From positions 1,393-65,392 of the forward strand of contig CAZJWK010000005.1 of the NCBI GenBank assembly GCA_964549595.1: DNA of 64,000 bases, read 5' to 3'. Position numbers and translations under genes: made by a program. Source of the stretch: an uncultured Sphingobacteriales bacterium. GTDB lineage: Bacteria; Bacteroidota; Bacteroidia; CAILMK01; CAYYUA01. Below, piece by piece: positions 28,530 to 37,103 of this stretch (its first letter is position 1; each line of letters starts with the position of its first letter). Under the pieces are notes generated by a model. It ran no database searches. It worked only from the letters and a program-made list of their open reading frames with translations, and had not been told where the DNA came from.

Positions 28530-30011
28530 TCAGTATTTCTGGACAATAAAAGAATGGTAAAGGGTGTACGTAAAAACACTTCCGAATCCAATCACCAACA
28601 TGAGGTGGAAGGGAAATAAACCATAATCCTGGAATTGAAAAGCCAGCACTATTCCGGCAATAAAATATAAAGCTAAAAACCCTTCCAAAATAGAAACCCA
28701 ATTTAGTTGAGCTTTCAGGTATTTTTTCCCCTTCCATTGATCTTTAACTGAACGTAGGTTGAATTTAGGCGTTCGTACGAAACCACTTTTTACACCTAAA
28801 AAACCCTTTATTACAGCCAACCCATTGTGTAAAGACATTCCCATTGATATACACAGGAAAAGGGGAAAAATACCGCCAAAGTCTTTAAAAGCTTTCCAGG
28901 AATTCCGGTAATTCTGCCGATACGCGTCAAAATAGACAAAACAAATGATCAAAAGACTCAATAAGAAAAATGAGGCTATTTTGAACAATTGGGGATAATA
29001 ACCCTGGTTTTTGATCACTAAAGCCGGAATGCTTAATATAGCACAAACAAGAATACACACAAAAACCGAACTGTTAAAAAGATGGAAAAAAGCCTGAATT
29101 TTATAAGAAAGGGCCATCCTGGCTTTTAAGATTTTAGGGTAAAGCTTCTTGGCTGTTTCGGCAGCTCCCTTATTCCAACGGAATTGCTGGGATTTAATAG
29201 AATTTAATTCCACTGGTAATTCCGCCGGAGATTTTAAGTCCTTAAGAAATTTAAACTTCCAGTTTTTCAATTGGGCTCGGTAACTTAAATCCAGGTCTTC
29301 TGTTATGGTGTCATAATGCCAACCTCCGGCATCCTCAATGGTAGTTTTTCGCCATATACCGGCAGTTCCGTTAAAGTTTAAAAAGAAATTGCCTTTATTC
29401 CGGCCTGTTTGTTCAATCTCAAAATGGTTATCCAGTGCCAAGGCCTGAGCTTTGGTAAAAATTGAATAACCCTTGTTGAAATGTTCCCATCTAGTCTGAA
29501 CCATTCCAATGTAGGGGTCTTGAAAATACGGAACAGTATTTTGTAAAAAATCAGGATTTGGAACAAAATCCGCATCAAAAATGGCAATGAAATCCCCTTT
29601 GGCTTTTTCCAGCCCATACTGCAATGCTCCTGCCTTGTAACCCTGCCGATTTCCCCTTTGTAAATGCTTAATATCTATTCCTTTTTCCTTTAGGGATTGA
29701 ACCTTTTGACTGATCAAGTCTACTGTCTCATCCGTAGAATCATCTAATACCTGTATCTCCAATGATCCCACAGGATAATTAATTTGAGCGGCCGCTTCTA
29801 TTAACCTGCTGGCCACATAATATTCATTGTAAATAGGCAATTGAACGGTCACATAAGGCCATTGGCTGGGAATATCGGGTTTCTGTGTTTTATGGTCGTT
29901 TATTTTGTCCTTTCTGTAGTAAATCCAGAGTTGCAACTGGCTTATACAGAAAAAGAAAATGAATAACAAGGCAAACCCGTAAATAACCAAAACAAAAAGG
30001 CTCATAATCAA
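28530..30011 (-). CDS. GT2 glycosyltransferase, cellulose-synthase-like, with C-terminal TM helices
   Basis: VTVQLPIYNE, QVLDDSTD, YKAGAL, FDADF, TEDLDLSYRAQL, QQFRW (QxxRW). Confidence 0.88.
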   Translation of the reverse strand: MIMSLFVLVIYGFALLFIFFFCISQLQLWIYYRKDKINDHKTQKPDIPSQWPYVTVQLPIYNEYYVASRLIEAAAQINYPVGSLEIQVLDDSTDETVDLISQKVQSLKEKGIDIKHLQRGNRQGYKAGALQYGLEKAKGDFIAIFDADFVPNPDFLQNTVPYFQDPYIGMVQTRWEHFNKGYSIFTKAQALALDNHFEIEQTGRNKGNFFLNFNGTAGIWRKTTIEDAGGWHYDTITEDLDLSYRAQLKNWKFKFLKDLKSPAELPVELNSIKSQQFRWNKGAAETAKKLYPKILKARMALSYKIQAFFHLFNSSVFVCILVCAILSIPALVIKNQGYYPQLFKIASFFLLSLLIICFVYFDAYRQNYRNSWKAFKDFGGIFPLFLCISMGMSLHNGLAVIKGFLGVKSGFVRTPKFNLRSVKDQWKGKKYLKAQLNWVSILEGFLALYFIAGIVLAFQFQDYGLFPFHLMLVIGFGSVFTYTLYHSFIVQKY

Positions 30012-30020
30012 TACCCGGGT

Positions 30021-30710
30021 TTATCGGTATTTAAAAATTGTCCAAAGAATTTTATAACCTGCCATTAAAGTCCCTTTTAATGTTCCGGTAACCTTGGAAA
30101 CACCAATTCTTCTGCGATAACTAACAGGTACTTCCATGCATTTCAATCCATTTTTGGCAGCCTTAACTTGCATTTCAACAGTCCAGCCAAAATCTTTGTC
30201 AGCCATTTCCAAATCTAACAATTTTTGCCACTTAATGGCTCTAAAGGGGCCTAAATCAGTAAATTCATACCCATATAGGTATTTTAAAAGTTTTGTGGCT
30301 AACCAATTACCGAAAACCGCCTGTGGTTCCATGGACCCCTTTTCTCTCTCTCCGAGTTTCCTTGAACCGATCACCAAATCATAATCATCATCCTGAAGGG
30401 GCCTGATTAACTTTGGTAATTCCTCAGGATGGTCTGAATAATCGCCATCCAAAAAAACCACTATGGCCGGTGGCGTTTTTTTTTCCAGCAAGTATTCAAT
30501 CCCTCTTAAGCAAGCCCTGCCATAGCCTTTAATGGGTTCATCAAGTACTTCAGCGCCTGCTTCCCTCGCTATAGTGGGGCTGGCATCCAAAGAACCATTA
30601 TTGACCACTACTATTTCCCTTATCCATTCCCGAGGCAGGTCATTAATGACTTTACCGACAGATTTTTCCTCATTGAAGACGGGAATTATGATATCAATTG
30701 GTTGATCCAT
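30021..30710 (-). CDS. GT2 glycosyltransferase (polyprenol-phosphate sugar synthase-like)
   Basis: IIIPVFNEE, VVNNGSLD, GYGRAC, FLDGDYSD, VIGSR, TDLGPFRAI, GWTVEMQ. Confidence 0.88.
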   Translation of the reverse strand: MDQPIDIIIPVFNEEKSVGKVINDLPREWIREIVVVNNGSLDASPTIAREAGAEVLDEPIKGYGRACLRGIEYLLEKKTPPAIVVFLDGDYSDHPEELPKLIRPLQDDDYDLVIGSRKLGEREKGSMEPQAVFGNWLATKLLKYLYGYEFTDLGPFRAIKWQKLLDLEMADKDFGWTVEMQVKAAKNGLKCMEVPVSYRRRIGVSKVTGTLKGTLMAGYKILWTIFKYR

Positions 30711-30783
30711 TAAGTGACAATCTATTGTGCAAAATTAAGCCTTGTCAGAATGACAAAAGTCAACCAAAAGACATTCCCAAAAA

Positions 30784-31278
30784 TTACCCACTACGGATTC
30801 TGCCTTCAATCAACGATGTTGAGTACCCTTCTAAAAAAGGTAAAATTTCCACTTTTCCCCCATTAGCCATTACTAATTGCCCTCCTACTACATCCTCTGG
30901 TTGATAATCCCCGCCTTTCACCAATATATCGGGTGTAATTTCCTCAATAATGTTATAAGGAGTGTCTTCCTCAAAGATCACGATAGCATCCACAAAGGTA
31001 AAAGCAGCCAAAATAAGTGCCCTCGCTCTTTGGTCCTGAATCGGTCGGTTTTCACCTTTTAACCTTTTGACGGAGTTATTACTGTTGATGCCCACGATCA
31101 GGTAATCACCTAAATCAGAAGCTTCACAAAGATAATGGACGTGCCCTAAGTGGATAAGATCAAAGCAACCATTGGTAAAGACTACTTTTTGGTTATCCGA
31201 TTTCATGTCATTAATCCCGGGCACGAGTTCAGGAAGCGGATAAATTTTCTTTTTTATTTGTTCGAATTGTTTGCTCAT
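30784..31278 (-). CDS. rfaE2: D-glycero-beta-D-manno-heptose 1-phosphate adenylyltransferase (RfaE domain II / cytidylyltransferase-like)
   Basis: VFTNGCFDLIHLGHV, VGINSNNSVKRLKG, PDILVKGGDY, GYSTS. Confidence 0.9.
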   Translation of the reverse strand: MSKQFEQIKKKIYPLPELVPGINDMKSDNQKVVFTNGCFDLIHLGHVHYLCEASDLGDYLIVGINSNNSVKRLKGENRPIQDQRARALILAAFTFVDAIVIFEEDTPYNIIEEITPDILVKGGDYQPEDVVGGQLVMANGGKVEILPFLEGYSTSLIEGRIRSG

Positions 31279-32281
31279 TTAAAGCAGCATTTTTCCGTTT
31301 GATGAAGGCAACGAAAATTAAAAAAGCCAGGGCACCAAACACTAAGAAAGTAAAAAACTGGGAACCATGAACTAATGTGGCATAAGTCAAACCATCGGAC
31401 ACAGGTAAATTGTAAAGTTTAAGGCCTTCCTTTACTGCCCAGTGATACGTTCCAATGCCCCCTTGCACAGGCATTATAAATCCTAAACTACCCACAGAAA
31501 AAGCCGTAAGACTGGCTTGAATCCCCAGATGCGAGGTAGAATCAAGGGCAAAGAACACTACGTAAGTCATGGCCCAATACATTACCCAAATAAAAACGGT
31601 ATGCCCTAAAAATAAACCGTTATTTTCCATTGACCGGATGGTTTTCAGGCCTGATATAAATTCCTTAACCAATGCCCTTAGCTTCGCAATAACCGGATTC
31701 TCTCGATATCGCTTCCTAAAAAACTGGATCAGAAAAATCAACAAAGCCAATGTAAGAATGCCCCCGATGATGATTTTGAAATCCGCAATTTGCTGAATTT
31801 GGCTCTTTAAATAAGGGTGAATTTTGTCCAGATAAAACCCTCTTAGCCGATTAAATTCTAAAATAACAGTTACCACTACGATACTTAAAAGGGTAATGAA
31901 ATCAAAAACGCGTTCAACAAAAACGGTTCCTACCAGCCGGTTGAAAGGCACCTTGTCTGTCCGGTTCAAAACCACGCAACGGGAAATTTCTCCCATCCTT
32001 GGCACAGCAAGATTAGCCAAATAGCCGATCATGACGGCTATAAAGCTATTAAAACCCTTTACGCGATATCCGAGCGGTTTGATAAGCAAAGTCCACCGGA
32101 GGCCTCGACTCACGTGGCTGAGCATCATCAAAAACAAGGAAAAGCCCACCCAGAAATAATTTGCATTTTTAAATCCTTCTATGATTTTTTCTTGATCCTG
32201 GTTTCTAAATGCCAACCAAAGCAAAAAAATGCCTAAGGCCAGAAAAAAAACATATTGGAAAATGGTCAGCAGGCGTTTCAA
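31229..32281 (-). CDS. UPF0104 / lysylphosphatidylglycerol synthase TM-region protein (putative flippase)
   Basis: RGLRWTLLI, GYLANLAVPRMGEISR, TVFVERVFD, PVQGGIGTYH. Confidence 0.85.
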   Translation of the reverse strand: MKRLLTIFQYVFFLALGIFLLWLAFRNQDQEKIIEGFKNANYFWVGFSLFLMMLSHVSRGLRWTLLIKPLGYRVKGFNSFIAVMIGYLANLAVPRMGEISRCVVLNRTDKVPFNRLVGTVFVERVFDFITLLSIVVVTVILEFNRLRGFYLDKIHPYLKSQIQQIADFKIIIGGILTLALLIFLIQFFRKRYRENPVIAKLRALVKEFISGLKTIRSMENNGLFLGHTVFIWVMYWAMTYVVFFALDSTSHLGIQASLTAFSVGSLGFIMPVQGGIGTYHWAVKEGLKLYNLPVSDGLTYATLVHGSQFFTFLVFGALAFLIFVAFIKRKNAALNEQTIRTNKKENLSAS

Positions 32282-32293
32282 ACCAGATTGGGT

Positions 32294-32635
32294 TTAAATT
32301 TTGTTATTTTCCGGGAAAATGATGGTCGGTTGAAAAGTTTTGGCTTCTTCAAAATCCATCTGGGCGTAGGAAACCACGATTATGATATCGCCTATTTGGG
32401 CTCTACGGGCAGCAGGCCCGTTTAAACAAACCTGCCCTTTGGCTCTCTCACCCTTAATCACATAAGTATCAAAACGTTCCCCATTATTGATGTTTAAGAT
32501 TTGAACCTTTTCATTTTCAATGATATTGGAAGCCTCCATCAAGGCTTCGTCAATGCTTATACTTCCAATGTAATTCAAATCGGCCTCTGTTACCTCTACA
32601 CGGTGAATTTTGGATTTAAGTACTTCAATAAACAT
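32294..32635 (-). CDS. panD: Aspartate 1-decarboxylase
   Basis: KSKIHR, YIG|SISID self-cleavage site, [16 protein letters not shown]. Confidence 0.96.
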   Translation of the reverse strand: MFIEVLKSKIHRVEVTEADLNYIGSISIDEALMEASNIIENEKVQILNINNGERFDTYVIKGERAKGQVCLNGPAARRAQIGDIIIVVSYAQMDFEEAKTFQPTIIFPENNKI

Positions 32636-32707
32636 AGGCTAAACCATTATGGCCCATTTAAAATCCTAAAGACTATAAAGACTAAATGATTGGCGTTTTT
32701 CCAAGGG

Positions 32708-32715
32708 CAAAATTA
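32708..32715 (-). promoter_or_regulatory. -7 promoter element for the panD operon
   Basis: Minus-strand TAATTTTG in the panC-panD gap. Confidence 0.5.
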
Positions 32716-32759
32716 GGAAAATCCCAATTCTCCATACCCCCCAATAAATCATTAAAAGC

Positions 32760-33641
32760 TTAAGTTCCCTTTTGGATTAACAAATTATCTATGAGTCTTA
32801 TTTTACCCATGCTTAAAGCGGTGCAGATAACCACGTTCTCATTGCCATTCCCCTTTTCATTGATCGGATAAAAGGTCAAAGCATCCCTAATTTCAAAATA
32901 TTCCACGTTATCAATCAATTTTTGTTTTTCCAGCTTTCTGAAGGCTTCTTCCTTAATGAACGTAACGGAGTAAGCATTTAATAACTTTTCCCTTGCCCAT
33001 TGAAGGGTTTGGTAAATTACCGGGGCTGCCGTTCTTTGTTCGGTAGTTAGCAAAACATTCCTGGAACTAATCGCTAAACCATCAGGCTCCCTTGTTATAG
33101 GTACCGGCACAATGTTAATGGCAAAGCTGAAATCCCGAACCAGTTTTTTGATGATAAGCAATTGCTGATAATCCTTCTGCCCAAAATAAGCCCTGTCCGG
33201 TTGAACAACATCAAACAATTTTTTCACAATGGTCGCCACACCCTGAAAATGGCCGGGCCGGAACCGGCCTTCTAATACACGGCCTAAAAAACCGGGATCA
33301 AAACCATGTAACTGTTCAGGACCTTCAGGATACATTTCTTGGTCACCGGGCATAAAAAGGATATCGCAATCATGCGCTTTTAACTTTTCAATATCCTGAT
33401 CCCGGGTCCTTGGGTAATTACGGTAATCATCGGGGTCGTCAAATTGGGTAGGATTTACATATATACTGACCACCAGAAGTGCATTTTCTTTTCTGGCTTT
33501 CCGTATCAAATTCAAATGGCCTTCGTGAAGAGCACCCATTGTAGGCACAAAGCCAATTCGCTTACCTTTCTCCCGGGCTTTCCTTATTTGGTCTGATAGT
33601 TGATCAGTTTTTTTAAAAATTTGAACCATAGTGTTCTTCAA
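32760..33641 (-). CDS. panC: Pantoate-beta-alanine ligase
   Basis: GFVPTMGALHEGH, SIYVNPTQF, RPGHFQGVATIV, YFGQKDYQQ, REPDGLAISSRN, RLIDN. Confidence 0.96.
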   Translation of the reverse strand: MKNTMVQIFKKTDQLSDQIRKAREKGKRIGFVPTMGALHEGHLNLIRKARKENALLVVSIYVNPTQFDDPDDYRNYPRTRDQDIEKLKAHDCDILFMPGDQEMYPEGPEQLHGFDPGFLGRVLEGRFRPGHFQGVATIVKKLFDVVQPDRAYFGQKDYQQLLIIKKLVRDFSFAINIVPVPITREPDGLAISSRNVLLTTEQRTAAPVIYQTLQWAREKLLNAYSVTFIKEEAFRKLEKQKLIDNVEYFEIRDALTFYPINEKGNGNENVVICTALSMGKIRLIDNLLIQKGT

Positions 33642-33738
33642 AGCCTGTTTTTAACATCCCTTTGCATAAATATCACTCTGCCACCTTTTGACCAGCATTT
33701 CGTTCAAGCCCAGCCTTTTTAAAAAAGCCCGATTTTAC

Positions 33739-33746
33739 TAATTTTG
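33739..33746 (+). promoter_or_regulatory. -7 promoter element for the glgA-like/DUF4270 operon
   Basis: TAATTTTG 43 bp upstream of ATG 33790. Confidence 0.55.
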
Positions 33747-33789
33747 TAAGCCTTTTTAGAACTACTTTATCACAAAATTTTTCAATAAA

Positions 33790-34602
33790 ATGGCCAATAC
33801 CAAAATCCTAACCATAACCAACGAAATGGACCCCTACGTGGAATTGACACACCAATCCACCTTTGCAAGGGCTATTCCACAAAAAATGCAGGAGCAGGGT
33901 ATGGAGGTTCGTTGTTTCATGCCTCGTTTCGGCAAAATTAACGAAAGAAAACACCGGTTGCATGAAGTCATTAGACTATCCGGCATTAACGTACCGGTCG
34001 GGGAATTTGACAATCCAATGATCATTAAAGTGGCCTCCTTACCAGCTGCAAAAATGCAGGTCTATTTTGTGGATAACGAAGATTTTTTTCAAAGAAAAGC
34101 TTTTTTTTACGATGAAAACGGGCAATTCTTTGAAGACAATGATGAAAGAACCATTTTCTTTAATAAAGGAGCCATAGAGATTTTACTGAAATTGGGATGG
34201 ATGCCTGATATCATTCATTGCCATGGTTGGATGACCGGCTTGATACCCTTGTATGCAAGAACCGTTTACAAAAATGAACCTGTTTTCAGGCAGGGAAAAA
34301 TTGTATACACTGCCTATGAAGATAATATCCAGGAAAACCTCGGGGAAAACTTTGTCAAGAAAACCCATTTAAAGAAAAACGCGGAATTGGTTAAGGATAA
34401 ACTGACAGACCCGAGGCCAACGGACATTCAAAAAGTCGGTGCTGAATATGCTGATGCAGTAACCTATGGGAGTGAACAAGTGCCCGAGGAATTGAAGTCA
34501 TTTATTTATGGCCTTGATAAACCCAAACTGGATTATTTAAACCCTGAATCAGACCAATTCTCCGAAGAATACGTTAAGCTTTTTGAAAACTTACTTGATT
34601 AA
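33790..34602 (+). CDS. Glycogen/starch synthase N-terminal-domain-only protein
   Basis: EVRCFMPRFGKINERKHRLHEVIRLSG, QVYFVDNEDFF, PDIIHCHGW; 270 aa, lacking the C-terminal GT-B domain. Confidence 0.85.
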   Translation: MANTKILTITNEMDPYVELTHQSTFARAIPQKMQEQGMEVRCFMPRFGKINERKHRLHEVIRLSGINVPVGEFDNPMIIKVASLPAAKMQVYFVDNEDFFQRKAFFYDENGQFFEDNDERTIFFNKGAIEILLKLGWMPDIIHCHGWMTGLIPLYARTVYKNEPVFRQGKIVYTAYEDNIQENLGENFVKKTHLKKNAELVKDKLTDPRPTDIQKVGAEYADAVTYGSEQVPEELKSFIYGLDKPKLDYLNPESDQFSEEYVKLFENLLD

Positions 34603-34609
34603 TTCTTTT

Positions 34610-35917
34610 ATGACAAATTTATTCGAATCATTGTATCCCGCTTTTAAGCCCATCATTAGTCGAAAAATTTTTTTCAGCGCCATTTTTTTGTTAGCCATTC
34701 TCATTTCTTGTCAAGATGAACAGAAACTATCCGACCCGCCGCCGGGAAAATCCACAGATTCGGGAAATGGTCCGGTTAAAACTTTAAAGGTGGACAGTAT
34801 TCAGGTAAAAACTCAAAAAGCTCAAAGCGTCAGGACAGATAATCTGTCCCGGAATTTAATCGGAACCTATTATGATAGCGTTTTTGGGCAGGTCCAGAGC
34901 CAATTATTTTTTGATTTTCACTTACCCTTTGAAGGGCTTTCGGATAAATTTGTCAATGACCGGGCTAACAATATAGATTCCGCAATCCTTTCAATTCCGT
35001 ATGATGAAAACAATGACCATTTAGGCAACCTTAACACCCCGCAAACCATTGAGTTTTATGAATTACAAGAAAAGTTGAATCCGGACAAAGACTATCTCTC
35101 AGATGCCAATTTGAGTTATGATGGTAGCAAGGTATTTGCCGAAAAAAGCGGCCCGTTCAAAATAAATCAGAGAGCTCACTTCAAGGTTAAACTCAAAGGG
35201 GCTTTTGTCAATAAATTTGAAAATGCTTCTTCTGAGAATTTTAAAAATAATGAAAAATTAAAGGCCTTTTTCAAGGGTTTAGCTGCAATTCCTCAAGACA
35301 ACTTTCAAAGTAATGAAAAAGGGGCTATAACTTATTGGCAACTTAAGAAAGGCGCAAGAATAGTATTTTATCATCACAACGATTTAACAGATACCTTAGT
35401 CGTGAATGACAATTCCACCAGTGTGGGCACCTATTCCCTTGACCATTCCAATGCCATTGCCAGTGCTAAGCCCAATCCTGATTATGGATTTATTCAACCA
35501 ATGGGAGGTTTCAAATTGCTTTTGCAATTGCCGGGTTCCTTGAAAACCATTCCCGAAGAAAACCGGGTTAAGGTTCATAAAGCTACTTTTACTTTGCCCC
35601 TTAGTAAAAAATACCACCCGAAAGTGGTTCAGCCCATTGGAACCCTTTTCATGTTCAATGAAGATCAGGGGGCAATAAAGTTTCTGGACACGGCGAATTA
35701 CCGTTCTAAAAAAGTAGAATACCGATTCAACAACCCCACTTATTTGCAAAGGTTATTGAATGCCTACTATGACCAACAAACCCCAAACTTGTCCGGGTTA
35801 ACAGTCCAAATCCCAAACAATTTGCCTGTAACGGCAAATCCTTTACTCATTCCCAAAGCGAACAAGATGGGAGGAAAGGGTGTTAGAATGACGTTGACTT
35901 ATTCAAAAGTCAGATAA
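34610..35917 (+). CDS. DUF4270 family surface lipoprotein
   Basis: Lipobox LAILIS-C followed by acidic QDEQ; LIGTYYDSVFG, IDSAILSIPY; canonical position between the glgA-like gene and glmS. The ORF track starts at 34583; ATG 34610 is used here. Confidence 0.75.
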   Translation: MTNLFESLYPAFKPIISRKIFFSAIFLLAILISCQDEQKLSDPPPGKSTDSGNGPVKTLKVDSIQVKTQKAQSVRTDNLSRNLIGTYYDSVFGQVQSQLFFDFHLPFEGLSDKFVNDRANNIDSAILSIPYDENNDHLGNLNTPQTIEFYELQEKLNPDKDYLSDANLSYDGSKVFAEKSGPFKINQRAHFKVKLKGAFVNKFENASSENFKNNEKLKAFFKGLAAIPQDNFQSNEKGAITYWQLKKGARIVFYHHNDLTDTLVVNDNSTSVGTYSLDHSNAIASAKPNPDYGFIQPMGGFKLLLQLPGSLKTIPEENRVKVHKATFTLPLSKKYHPKVVQPIGTLFMFNEDQGAIKFLDTANYRSKKVEYRFNNPTYLQRLLNAYYDQQTPNLSGLTVQIPNNLPVTANPLLIPKANKMGGKGVRMTLTYSKVR

Positions 35918-35919
35918 CC

Positions 35920-36966
35920 GTGATCATTACTTTAAAAAATACCATTCAAAAAACCCAGATAGACGAAATCAAACGGGTTTTACAAATCAATGGGTTATCC
36001 TTTACCCAAACCCGCTTTCGGGATCAACAAACCCTGGTGGTTCCTATTGAAAGTGATTCTGCTGGTTTAACCGCTTATCTGACCTCAATGGCAGGAGTTC
36101 ATGACGTTTACCAACCGGAAAAACCTTATCAGTTAGTAAGCCGGGAATTTGGTAAAACCCCTTCCCAATTCCCAATAAAAAAGGATACCATTGGAAAAGA
36201 AAGCTTTAATTTAATAGCGGGGCCTTGCTCCATAGAATCCCGTTCCCAGATTATGGAAACAGCCCACTTTTTAAGTGAATTAGGGATAAAATTCCTTCGG
36301 GGTGGTGCCTATAAGCCCCGGACTTCACCCTATACTTTTCAGGGCTTGGGTTTAGAGGGGCTGGAATATATTCGGGAAGCCGCTGACCATTACGGCATGG
36401 CTGTTGTTACCGAATTGTTGGATTACCACTTAATTGATGAAGTGGCTCCTTTTGCTGATATCTTACAGGTAGGGTCACGGAATATGTTTAATTACTATTT
36501 GTTAAAAAAATTGGGTGAACAATCCAAACCTGTATTGCTAAAAAGGGGTATGTTTGCTAAAATCGAAGAATGGTTATTAGCGGCTGAATATATCCTCTTA
36601 AACGGCAATGAAAAGGTTATCCTTTGCGAACGGGGATTAAGGACATTTGATCCGGCAGTAAGAAATCAAATGGACATTTCCGCAATCCCCCTTGCTAAAG
36701 AATTGAGTCATCTTCCTGTTTGGGCCGATCCCAGCCAGGGCACAGGGTTAAGAAGTTTGGTAAAACCGCTTTCTTTGGCGGCTGTTGCTGCCGGTGTGGA
36801 TGGCTTAATCATTGAAGTACACCCAGATCCCGATCAAGCATTATCGGATGGGAGTCAATCACTTAACTTCAATGATTATCGGGATTTGCTTAAAAACCTC
36901 CAACCGCTCGCTTATAATCTCCGTAAAAATTTATACCTTAGCGAAGCAAACAAGGATTTTGCTTAG
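35920..36966 (+). CDS. aroF: 3-deoxy-7-phosphoheptulonate (DAHP) synthase, type I-beta with N-terminal ferredoxin-like regulatory domain
   Basis: [48 protein letters not shown]; GTG start. Confidence 0.88.
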   Translation: MIITLKNTIQKTQIDEIKRVLQINGLSFTQTRFRDQQTLVVPIESDSAGLTAYLTSMAGVHDVYQPEKPYQLVSREFGKTPSQFPIKKDTIGKESFNLIAGPCSIESRSQIMETAHFLSELGIKFLRGGAYKPRTSPYTFQGLGLEGLEYIREAADHYGMAVVTELLDYHLIDEVAPFADILQVGSRNMFNYYLLKKLGEQSKPVLLKRGMFAKIEEWLLAAEYILLNGNEKVILCERGLRTFDPAVRNQMDISAIPLAKELSHLPVWADPSQGTGLRSLVKPLSLAAVAAGVDGLIIEVHPDPDQALSDGSQSLNFNDYRDLLKNLQPLAYNLRKNLYLSEANKDFA

Positions 36967-37103
36967 CAATCTGATTAATTTTCAGGAGGTACTGTGAAGT
37001 CCTTGAATCAAGTTTTAGGAATGGCTATATGTTATAACGCCATTTGGCTTAATTATTACACCTTTTTATATCTTAGCAGCAAACTAAAAAAATAAAGAAT
37101 GCT

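Noticed and set aside
36967-37103. Possible glmS ribozyme upstream of glmS
   Set aside because: The gap is short and AT-rich with no recognisable ribozyme core; it looks like a plain promoter (TATCTTAG at 37069-37076).
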